Assembly: GCF_004010195.1 (NCBI RefSeq)
Contig: NC_057750.1
Coordinates: 8,661,524 to 8,687,741, forward strand
Source of the DNA: Chiloscyllium plagiosum
Lineage: Eukaryota
Direction: 5' to 3'
DNA: 26,218 nt
Below are positions 1 to 9,331 of this stretch, piece after piece; within the stretch, counting starts at the first letter, position 1, and every line of letters begins with the position of its first letter. The notes below the pieces were generated by a model. The model had not been told where the DNA came from and ran no database searches. It saw only the letters and a program-made list of their open reading frames with translations. The position numbers and the translations under genes were made by a program.

Positions 1-175
1 GTTACTCTGTGGTTTGATTTGTGCTACACAATAGCTAGCTGACACCTCCAGCGAAAAGGCAGCAATGGGCATGCAAATTAGGACTTCAAACCAGTTCTCT
101 GTAGATCAAAGCAGATCCTCACCTGCACTACAATGAGATATGGTGCTGCTGACCAATTTAGACTTAACAGGTAGT

Positions 176-280
176 GGGCTTTTGTGGTGCAATGGTAGCA
201 TTTGCTTCTTGTCTAAGAAACCCAGGTTTTAAGTCCTGGATGCTCCAGAGATGTGTCAGAACCAGTTGATGAAAAATGTT
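176..280 (+). mobile_element. Degenerate short tRNA-derived SINE
   Basis: A-box-like gtggtgcaatggtagc and B-box-like ccaggttttaagtcc, followed by a short body and A-rich end; heavily decayed. Confidence 0.4.
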
Positions 281-865
281 TAGAATTAAAAGGAGTGTGG
301 CAAGGTTAAGGCTTCACTTTTATTGTAGACTAAGTTCTATAGTGCATATCTTTTATTTGTGGTAATTCTTTGAGCTTTCCTCAGTGTCAAGCATCACTCT
401 TCATCAAGTAAGCCACGGCAATGATTATGGTTTTAGACTTGCAAGCTCTTTGGTAGTGGATTTGAACCTAACTTGGGAAGTTGAATTGAAGACGGTAATT
501 GGTAAATTGTGAAATAGAAATTTTGTCTGTCTGGCTTTTGCTATGAGCTTGAATCTCAAGCATACCACTTATTAGAGTCGTGAACTTCCTTAATAAACTA
601 CCATCATGACAGCACCATTGAATTCTTAAAGAAGATGACCCTACCCTGCCTCCGCAACGAGAGTCTGAAAGTAAGAAAGGATTGCCATCTTATAATACCT
701 TCATGACCACAAAGTCAATGCTTTTTTCTTAACTCTCATCAGGTTTGGGTTTCTGGTTGTTATCAGCCACACGGCATTTTCTTACAAGAAGTCACAGAGA
801 TGTACAGCACAGAAACAGATCCTTTGATCCAACTTGTCCATGCCGATCAGATATCCTAATCTAAT

Positions 866-3850
866 CTAATCCCATTTGCCATATCTCTCTAAACCCTTCC
901 TATTCATGTACCCATCGAGATGCCTTTTAAATGCTGTAATTCTACCAGCCTCCACCATTTCCTCTGGCAGCTCATTCCATACATGCACCACCCTCCACAT
1001 AAAAAAGTTGCCCCTTAGGTCCCTTTTAAATTTTTCCCCTCTCACCCTAAACGTATGCCTTCTAGTTTTGGACTCCCCCACCCAAGGGAAAAGACCTTGT
1101 CTATTTACCCTATCCGTGCCCCTCATGATTTTATAAATCTCTGTAAGGTCACCCCTCAGCTTCCGATGCTCCAAGGTAACAGCCCCAGTCTATTCAGCCT
1201 CTCCCTAGAACTCAAACAGTTCAACCCTGGCAACATCCTTGTAAACCTTTTCTGAACCCTTTCAAGTTTCACAACATCCTTCTGATAGGAAAGAGACCAG
1301 AATTGCACACAGTATTCCAAAACTAACCTAACCAATGTCCTGTATAGCCGCAACATGACCTCCCAGCTCCTATACTCAATGCACTGACCAATAAAGGCAA
1401 GCATACTAAATGCCTCCCTCACTATCTTGTCTGCCTGAGACTCCACTTTCAAGGAACTATGAACCTGCACTCCAAGGTTTCTTTGTTCAGCAACACTCTC
1501 CATGACCTTACTGTTAAGTGTATAAGTCCTGCTCTCATTTGCTTTTCCAAAATGCAGCACCTCGCATTTATATAAATTAAACTCCATCTGCCACTCATCA
1601 GCCTTTTGACCCATTTGATTAAGATCCCTTATACTCTTAGGTAACCTTCTTCACTGTCCACTACATCTCAATTTTGGTGTCATCTGCAAACTTACTAATT
1701 TTACCTCCTATGTTCACATCCAAATCATTTATGTAAATGATGAAAAGCAGTGAACCCAGCACTGATCCTTGTGGCACACCACTGGTCACAGGCCTCTGGT
1801 CTGAAAAACAGAACTCCACCACCAGCGTCTGTCTTCTACCTTCAAGCTAGTTCTGTATCCAAATGGTTAGTTCTCCCTTTATTCCATGAGATCTAACTTT
1901 GCTAATCAGTCTTGAGGAACCTTGTCAAACGCCTTACAGAAGTCCATATAGATCATGCCCACCGTTCCGCCTCATCAATTCTTTTTGTTACTTCTTCAAA
2001 AAAATTCAGTCAAGTTCATGAGACATGATTTCTCATGCACAAAGCCATGTTGACTATCCCTAATCAGTCTTTGCCTTTCCAATTGCATGTAAGTCTGCCC
2101 CTCAGGATTCCCTCCAACAACTTGTCCACCACCGATGTCAGGTTCAACAGTGAAGAGTTCCCTGGCTTTTCCGTACCACCTTTCTTAAAGAGTGGCACTA
2201 CGTTAGCCAACCTCCAGTCTTCTGGATCCTCACCTGTGACTATCAATTATACAAATATCTCAGCAAAGGGCCCCAGCAATCACTTCCCTAGCTTCCCAAG
2301 AGTTCTAGAGTACAGCTGATCAGGTCCTGGGGATTTACCCACTTTTATACATTTCAAGACATCTTCTCCTCTGTAATATGGACATTTTTCAAGATGTCAT
2401 TATCTATTTCACCACATTCTGTATCTTCCAAGTCCTTCTCCATAGTAAACACTGATGCAAAATACTTGTTTAGTGGCTCCCACATCTCCTGTGGTTCCAC
2501 ACATAGGCTGCCTTGCTAATCTTTCAGGAAGAGCTGAAAATGTGTTGCTGGAAAAGCGCAGCAGGTCAGGCGGCATCCAAGGAACAGGAGAATCGACGTT
2601 TCGGGCATAAGCCCTTCCTCAGGAACCCCTGAGGAAGGGCTTATGCCCGAAACGTCGATTCTCCTGTTCCGTGGATGCTGCCGGACCTGCTGCGCTTTTC
2701 CAGCAACACATTTTCAGCTCTGATCTCCAGCATCTGCAGTCCTCACTTTCTCCCCTAATCTTTCAGGAACCCTAGTCTCTCCCTAGTTACCCTTTTGTCC
2801 TTAATATATTTATAAAATCCCTTTGGATTCTCCTTAACTCTATTTGCCAAAGCAATCTCATGTCCCCTTTTTACCGTCCTAATTTCCCTCTTCAGTATAC
2901 TCCTATTGCCATTGTACTGTTATAAGAATTGACTCGATCTCTGCTTTTTATACCTGACATATGTTTCCTTCTTTTTCTTAACCAAACCCTCAATTTCTTT
3001 AGTCATCCAGCATTTCCTACACCTACCAGCCTTGCCTAACAGGAATATACTGTCTCTAGACTCATCTCATTTTTGAAGGCTTCCCATTTTCCAGCCGTCC
3101 CTTTACCTGCAAACATCTGCCCCCAGTCAACATTTGAAAGTTCTAACCAAATACCATCAAAATTGGCCTTCCTCCAATTTAGAACTTCAACTTTTAGATC
3201 CGGTCTATCCTTTTCCATCACTATTTTAAAATAATAGAGCCCTAAAGTGCTCGCCCACTGGCAACTCAGTCACCTCCCTGCCTTAGTTCCCAAGAGTAGG
3301 TCAAGTTTTGCAGCTTCTCTAATATGTGCATCCACATACTGAATAAGAAAATTTTCTTGTACACACTTAACAAATTCCTCTCCATCTAAACCCTTAAAAC
3401 CACGGCAATGCCAGTCTATGTTTGGAAAGTTAAACTCCTCTACCATAACCACCCTATTACTCTTATCTCCTGACAAATTTGTTCTCAATTTCCCAGTGAA
3501 TATTTGGGGTCTATAATACAAACCCAATAAGGTGATCGTCCCTTTCCTATTTCTCAGTTCCACCCAAATAACTTGCCTGGATGTATTCCCAAGAATATCT
3601 ACCTTAAGTACAGCCATAATGCTGTCCCTTAGCAAAAACACTATACCACCCTCCACTCCCTTCTATCCTTCCTGTAGCATTTGTATCCTGGAACATTAAG
3701 CTGCCAGTCCTGTCCATTCCTGAACCATGTTTCTGTAATTGCTATGATATTCCAGTTCTATGTTCCTAACCATGCCCTGAGTCCATCTGCCTTTCCTGTT
3801 AGGCCTCTTGCATTGAAGTAAATGCAGTTTAATTTATCAGTCCTACCTTG
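866..3850 (-). pseudogene. CR1 ORF2 (APE endonuclease + reverse transcriptase), fragmented by stops, frameshifts and an insertion
   Basis: ORF-track pieces 3758-3958, 3270-3656, 3036-3221, 2064-2246, 1156-1614 and 866-1174 are collinear CR1 ORF2 segments in different frames. Confidence 0.9.
2531..2754. mobile_element. Fold-back (inverted) Penelope-like terminal-repeat insertion with hammerhead-like motifs in both arms
   Basis: 93-bp arms 2531-2623 and 2628-2720 (3 mismatches), 4-nt loop aacc, and a 34-bp unpaired tail 2721-2754. Perfect 15-bp TSD ctaatctttcaggaa at 2516-2530 and 2755-2769. The sequence matches the 3' end of the PLE fragment at 7403-7755. Confidence 0.88.
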
Positions 3851-3962
3851 TTCTCTGCTTTGTCCCTGCCTGCCCTGACTGTTTGACTCACTCCCAACTG
3901 TACCAGTCTTAGATTGATCTCTTTCCTCACTGTTACTGTGGGTTGCTCCCAACCCCACCTTA

Positions 3963-4896
3963 CTAGTTTAAATCCTCCTGAGCAACTCTAGCAAACCTCC
4001 CTGCCAGTATATTAGTCCCCTTCCAATTCAGGTGCAATCCATCCTTCTTGTGCAGGTCACTTCTAACCCAGAAGAGATTCCAATGATCCAAAAATGTGAA
4101 CCCTTCTCTCCTGTACCAGCTCCTCAGCTATGTATTCATCTGTTCTATCCTCCTATCCTACCCTCACTAGCTCGTAGCACTGGGTGTTATCCAAATATTA
4201 CTACCCTCGAGGTACTCCTTTTTAAATTCCTGCCTAGCTTTCTATATTCTCCCTTCAGAATGTCATCCGTTTCCCTTCCTATGTCGCTAGTTGCAATGTG
4301 TACAACGACCTCCTGCTAGTCCCTCTCCTCTTTGAGGACATTCTGCACCCACTCTGACTTATCCTTGATCCTGGCACCAGGGAGGCAACACACCATTGTG
4401 ATTTCTCACTGCTGGCCGCAAAAACATATGTCTGTGCCTCTGACTGGAGATTCCCCTCTCACAATCGATCATTTGGAATCCGATGTACCGCTCATTACAT
4501 TAAAGCCCTTCTCGGTACCAGAAACCTGGCTATTCGTGCTACATTTCCATGAGAGTCCATCATCCCCTACATTTTCCAAAACAGCATACTTGATGGAGAT
4601 GGGAATAGCCAGAGGAGACTACTACACTACCTGCCTCTCCCTCCTACCTTTCCTGGATTCAACCCATTTACCTGACTTTATCTGCAGCTTTTCTCCCTTC
4701 CAATAACTGCCATCCATCATACCCCCAACTCCTGTAAATTCCTAATTGCCTCTCACTGCAGTTCCAACCGATCCATGCTATATGATATCATTCACAACCA
4801 AAGACACTTCCTGGAGACATCAGGAGCAGTAGCACGGAAAATCTCCATAAACTCCCACATCCAACAGGAGGAGCACATTACTCTACTAAAGGCCAT
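3963..4896 (-). pseudogene. CR1 ORF1 (N-terminal zinc finger + SGNH/GDSL esterase-like domain), decayed
   Basis: Manual minus-strand translation gives MAFSRVMCSSCWMWE...RKC at the start, GESPVRGTD (degenerate GDS block), CCLPGARIKD, VVVHIATSDIG (HxGTND block), DGLHLNW (DxxH block), and ends at ILAGRFARVAQEDLN*. Confidence 0.85.
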
Positions 4897-5645
4897 CTTT
4901 GTTCCTTCACAATCTACAGACCCAGAAAATAGCACCATCTTAGTGCTCTAAAAAAACCCACTGCTCCAGGCTAACTTAATACTCATGGCTGATATTTTTA
5001 AAGTTTAACCAGGAAACAGATCTCATTAAAACATATAATCAAGAAAGAACCTACTCTACTCCCTACTGTAGATTTATAGCAAGGCTACACTTAAAAACTA
5101 TGCACGTATCTGTGCTGTGAGCTCTCCTACAAAGGTTCCTCCAAAGTCAGCTGTGACTTTCACTTTGTTCATTTTTCCTAGATGCACTAAAATGTCCAGA
5201 CATATTTGAACTCAAAGAGTAAAGGCAGTAACTGTGCAGATTCACTGTTGTGTCAGACAGTGGTATAGGTTTGTTTCATCTGACTTCCTTCTTTTTAAAG
5301 TGCTGTTGTTTTGATCTTTTGTCCCCAGAGTTCCAAAACAATGCAATAATATATAAAATAGTAATTGCTGCTCCTGGAATTCGAGGAAACCACCTCCAAC
5401 ACCTAAAATACGTCAAAAAAGGAGCAGTTCTTACAGCCACAATTTTTTTCCATCCTCCATCTTGGATTACCCATTGGGAGGACTACAACACAGGAAAAGG
5501 CTCAATGAGTCAGTGCCACTCGAAAACGAACATTAATTGTTCTAATCCCATCTTCAAGCACTGAGAGATGCTGGATCAGTGCAAGTACTTCTTGTAACCC
5601 CTCCTCAGTTTTCACTATCCTTCTTCACATTGTTCCTCTCCATTA

Positions 5646-6215
5646 CATAGAAACAAGGAGTAGGCCATTTGGCCCTGCCGGCCTGCTCTGCTATTTATGA
5701 TCATCATTGATAGTCCTTTGCAAATGAGGATGCCTCTCTTCCACTCTCAGGGTGAGTCGGTGGATGGCTGTACAGACAGATGCGGCTACTGCAGGCTTCT
5801 GTTACACTTGGGGTAGGCGATGGTCATAAGAAGGGATGGGTGGGACAATGCTGTGGCAGCATGCTTCTTTTGCTGTTTTCACCTGGCTTTTATTTTGTCC
5901 CACTCACATTTTGAAGTGCTTGACACTTTCCCAGATGCTCCTCCTCCATTTTGGATGGTGTTGGACCAGTGATTTCCAGGTGTCTATGGTGAATGCCGCA
6001 TTTCACCAGTGAGTCAATGAGAGTTCCATCTGTCCACTGGGAGCTCACCTGCTGTTTCAAAGCTGGGAGTAGAGCATCTGCTTGGGGAATCTCGTATTGG
6101 TCATGCATTATGATCATGGCTGATACTCTACCTCAATCCGAATTCCCACTCTCTCCCATACTACTTGATGCCTTTTATACCTATAAATGTATCTATCCCT
6201 TTCTTGAATATATTA
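5646..6215 (-). mobile_element. Old CR1 3'-end fragment, split by an RTE insertion at 5705-6107
   Basis: catagaaac..ggagtaggccatttggccc..cctgctctgc (5646-5704) continues after the insert as atgatcatggctgat..cctcaa..ttccc; this is the reverse complement of the CR1 3' UTR type seen at 16560-16641. Confidence 0.7.
5705..6107 (-). mobile_element. RTE-clade (BovB-like) LINE 3' fragment
   Basis: Minus-strand peptides IPKQMLYSQL, WKSLVQHHPKWRRSIWESV and a degenerate terminal zinc finger (PKCNR...CSSRICLYSH); (tga)n-type tail; 10-bp TSD ttatgatcat at 5695-5704 and 6108-6117. Confidence 0.78.
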
Positions 6216-6878
6216 ATTGGCCTTTCTTTCTATTACTTTTATCACAAATGGTCTATGTTACTGCATACGCTGCACAGAAATCTTCTCCCATCCTACATCA
6301 TGTGCATATATCCATCATATAACACATCTCTCCCATTCTTCGAAGCATCATTCTCTATCTGATTTGTATTGGTCGTATCTTCTCTTTCCTTCTCTTCTTT
6401 CTGATTTCTCCCCTTCCTCATACCTGAACCCCTTTGCAACTGTTTTGAAATATCAGGAAGATAGCACGATGGGGTTAACTTGCCCAAACAAGTCAGCCTC
6501 AAACCTGTGTTACTACCCAACAATGTATTGTCACAAATCATGGCCATCATGATTGCACCAACTTAACACACAAGCAATTCCCTCAGTTTGTTTCTCTTCT
6601 CATCTCCCAGTAACTTTTGTTACACCCAGACCCCAGGTGAGGTTCCCCAGTTTAAGATTGCAGATGGGATACCCTCAACTCATTAAGCCCCCAAGTGAGG
6701 AGGGATGAGTTCATTTCTCTGCTTTATTGACCTACTTCCCTCGGTTGTCTTCTAAAAACCACATTTTAGAATCACATGCTAAAAATGTCCACAGTATTTC
6801 AGGGTTATGACCCATATCATGACACCATGCATATTCTTTCTTTTCAAGCGGCAGTCAAGTTCCCAATATAATTGGAAA

Positions 6879-6932
6879 CTATTGTTGTTAGATATCAACA
6901 ATATCTAACAATCTATTGTTGTTAGATATCAA
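6879..6932. repeat. 20-bp direct duplication with an inverted-copy filler
   Basis: ctattgttgttagatatcaa at 6879-6898 and 6913-6932; the 14-bp spacer contains atatctaacaa, the reverse complement of 6885-6895. Confidence 0.85.
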
Positions 6933-7402
6933 GACAAACAGTCATTAATATGAATCACTCTGTCTGAACTCACTAATGTAACCTGAGTCGTCATGAAATT
7001 TGTCATCACCGAAGTACTATAACAAGTGGCATAGGCAGACAGGGTTTCTTAGAAATTTCCAATTAAAATAGCCCCTTGTTCTTGGATATTGATTGGGCTT
7101 TAATGTTGTTCTTGCTTCCTTTGCTGTCAGTCTCTTGCTCTATTTTTCTCATGCATGAGATGGGCCAGTATTTATTGCCCTTGAGAAGGTGGTGGTGCCT
7201 TCTTGAAACGCTTGTAGTCCATATGGTTTGGGGAAGCCCGCAATACAGTTAGGGAATGACCTTCAGTGTTGCATCAAAATACTGAAGTAAAAGCAATATA
7301 ATTCCAAGCCAAAATGGTGTGTGATTTGTGAACTTGCAGGGAGAGGTGTTCCCGTGTTTCTGCTGCCCTTGTTCTTCTAGATGGTAGAGTTTGGAAGGTG
7401 CT

Positions 7403-7755
7403 CCAACCCTCCAACCACAAGGGATGAACTCGGATTTCACCAGTTTCCTCATTTCCCCTCCCCCCAGCCTGTCTCAGTCAAATCCATCAAATACAGCACC
7501 GCCTGCCTAACCTGCAATCTTTTTCCCGATCTCTCCGCCCCCACCCCAATCTGTCCTATCACCCTCACCTTGACCTTTTTCCACCTATCACATTTCCGAC
7601 GCCCCTCCCCCAAGTCCCTCCTCCCTATCTTTTATCTTAGCCAGCTGGACAAACTTTCCTCATTCCTGAAGAAGGGCTAATGCCCGAAACGTCGATTCTC
7701 CTGTTCCCTAGATGCTGCCTGACCTGCTGCGCTTCTCCAGCAACACATTTCCATC
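7403..7755 (+). mobile_element. 5'-truncated Penelope-like element 3' end (GIY-YIG C-terminus + terminal repeat), possibly Neptune-type
   Basis: The frame from 7406 reads TLQPQGMNSDFTSF (PxGxN motif ending PLE GIY-YIG domains), then a pyrimidine-rich 3' region and a hammerhead-like motif; perfect 13-bp TSD tttggaaggtgct at 7390-7402 and 7756-7768. Confidence 0.85.
7666..7693 (+). ncRNA. Minimal type I hammerhead ribozyme-like motif in the PLE terminal repeat
   Basis: CUGAAGA-A-GGGC-uaau-GCCC-GAAAC-GUC: core boxes, a 4-bp stem II and palindromic ACGU in place of stem III; stem I pairing is weak (2-3 bp). Confidence 0.65.
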
Positions 7756-8489
7756 TTTGGAAGGTGCTGTCAAGGGAGCTTTGGTGAATTTCTGCAGTGT
7801 GTCTTATAGATGGTACATGCTGCTGCTACTCAGTGTCAGTGGTGGAAGGAGTGATTGCTGAGGAGGTGGATAAATGTGCCAGTCAAGTACGCTGCTTTGT
7901 CCTGACGGCATTGAGCTTCTTGAGAGTTGGAGCTGCACTCATCCAGATAAATGGAGAGTATTCTGTCACATTCCTAACATGCCTTGTCAATGGTGGACAG
8001 GTTTTGGGGAATCTGGAGGTGAGTTACTTTTTCCAGGATTCCTAGCTTCAACCTGCTTTTGGAGTCACATTATTTGTATAACAAGTCCAGTTCAGTTTCT
8101 GGTCAATGGTGACCTCCTGAATTCTGATCTTCAGTTAATTTCTCTGGTAATGTTTAGACTCTGACCCTTCTGTCCACATGATATGCCAAAGAGCTTCATT
8201 TGTCCTTGTTTGATACTATTTCAGAGTTCTCTTTCTTCCAGCCTCGTTTAGTACTTTATTGTCAGTTCTTTTCCCCACCCAGCTCACCCCCAGGTCACCA
8301 GATTATTCTGACTGTTATCTCAGGCAGATGGTAATTGGATATAATTGAGTAAAACTGCTACCATAATTAATCTCCAGAGATTTAACAGATGGACCAGGAA
8401 TGAGATCTCGACAAATAAAGAAGTCACAGGGAGGGATTGTCGGGAGGAACAGGAACTGCTCCTTGTGCAGAAACATCCCTTGGGCTGTT

Positions 8490-8850
8490 TGATTAGATTA
8501 GATTAGATTAGATTATATTAGATTAGATTAAATTCCCTACAGTATAAAAACAGACCCTTCAGCCCAACAAGTCCACACTGACCCTCCGAAGAATAACCCA
8601 CCCAGACCCATTTCCCTACATTTACCCTGACTAATGCACCTAGCAGTATGGGCAATTTAGCATGGCCAATTCGCCTGGCCAGCACATCTTTGGATTGTGA
8701 GAGGAAACCAGAGCACCCAGAGGAAACACTCACAGACACTTGAAGAATGTGCAAACTCCACATAGGCAGTCACCCGAGGCGGGAATCGAACCCAGGTCCC
8801 TGGCGCTGTGAGACAGCAGTGCTAACCACCAAGCCATCATGCTGCCCCAC
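8490..8850 (-). mobile_element. HE1-type V-SINE (tRNA-derived), full length, with (taatc)n tail
   Basis: The minus strand has a tRNA head with A box tggcttggtggttagc and B box gggttcgattccc, a V-domain core (tttcctctgggtgctctggtttcctctcacaatccaaaga) and a CR1-like 3' end (gggctgaagggtctgttt..ctgta); (gatta)n microsatellite at 8491-8530. Confidence 0.88.
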
Positions 8851-9029
8851 GGGGTTTAAGGAGCTTGTCAAAGAATTTGAGCTTGGGACCTGCGAAATTG
8901 AATGGAATATAGGTTTAATTCAACTTCCCACCCTGTCCTTACTTGTTTAAGAGTTGTTCACCTGAATTTTTAAAATTCCACCCTGAAGCTTTGGTTTAAG
9001 GGAACCATTGGCTCTGCAGAGATGAGCAA

Positions 9030-9278
9030 CAAATGTCTTACTGTTGTAATGCAGGGAATGTGTGTACAGCATGCTCCTGCAAGCAGCCATGTCATCATTG
9101 GCAGACGATCCAGTTTCAATGATGTCATTTGAGAAACCAGGGACAACTGTCCCAGTCTTATTTGAAATAATGCTGAGGGAGTTTTGACATCCAATTTGAG
9201 AGGGCAGGTGGGCCATTTGTTTGATGTCTCGTCGGAAAGACAACACCTCCCAGTGCAGTGCTCACTCAGTACTGCACT
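9030..9278 (-). mobile_element. Deu-domain SINE (SacSINE1/AmnSINE1-like), 5' head missing
   Basis: Minus strand reads gtgcagtactgagtgagcactgcactgggaggtgttgtctttccgacgagacatcaaac..ctgccctctca; homologous to 24181-24498. Confidence 0.75.
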
Positions 9279-9331
9279 AGGTAAATGGGTTGAATCCAGG
9301 AAAGGTAGGAGGGAGAGGCAGGTAGTGTAGT
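9279..9331 (-). repeat. 53-bp perfect inverted duplicate of 4621-4673 (CR1 ORF1 segment)
   Basis: Reverse complement is actacactacctgcctctccctcctacctttcctggattcaacccatttacct, identical at 53/53 to 4621-4673; both ORF-track translations contain YTTCLSLLPFLDSTHLP. Confidence 0.95.

Larger units (their letters stand above)
791..5466 (-). mobile_element. Near full-length decayed CR1 LINE (5' UTR, ORF1, ORF2, 3' tail), interrupted by a PLE hairpin at 2531-2754
   Basis: Minus-strand ORF fragments show APE endonuclease (LNCIYFNARGL, IWVELRN, FNFPNIDW), RT (EDWRLANVVPLFKKG, WQMEFN..KCEVLHFG) and the CR1 C-terminus (LEYCVQFWS, LRGDL.E.YKIM, WNELP). ORF1 lies upstream and the 3' tail is at ~791-860. 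The 5' boundary is approximate. Confidence 0.93.
7160..8115 (-). mobile_element. Old CR1/L2-superfamily LINE 3' portion, interrupted by a PLE at 7403-7755
   Basis: Reverse complement matches plus-strand copies in this window at 23033-23228 (aactcaccaag..acaagggcagcaga..catcaccacctg) and 24997-25127 (ctgcagtggttcaagaag..caccacct..gggcaatgaata). Confidence 0.7.

Noticed and set aside
876..1136. Antisense ORFs over CR1 copies (also 12166-12573, 15196-15603, 16195-16581)
   Set aside because: They are reverse-frame shadows of CR1 ORF2.
2531..2754. MITE/DNA transposon or miRNA precursor interpretation of the hairpins
   Set aside because: The asymmetric tail, 15-bp non-fixed TSDs, variable centre and homology to the 3' end of a GIY-YIG element favour a PLE origin; nothing supports a conserved miRNA.
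6618..6790. Possible solo LTR starting tgttacacc
   Set aside because: No matching CA end, TSD or second copy could be identified.
8770..8850. tRNA genes (also at 11360-11440)
   Set aside because: A and B boxes are present, but they continue into SINE bodies and tails and do not form a full cloverleaf.
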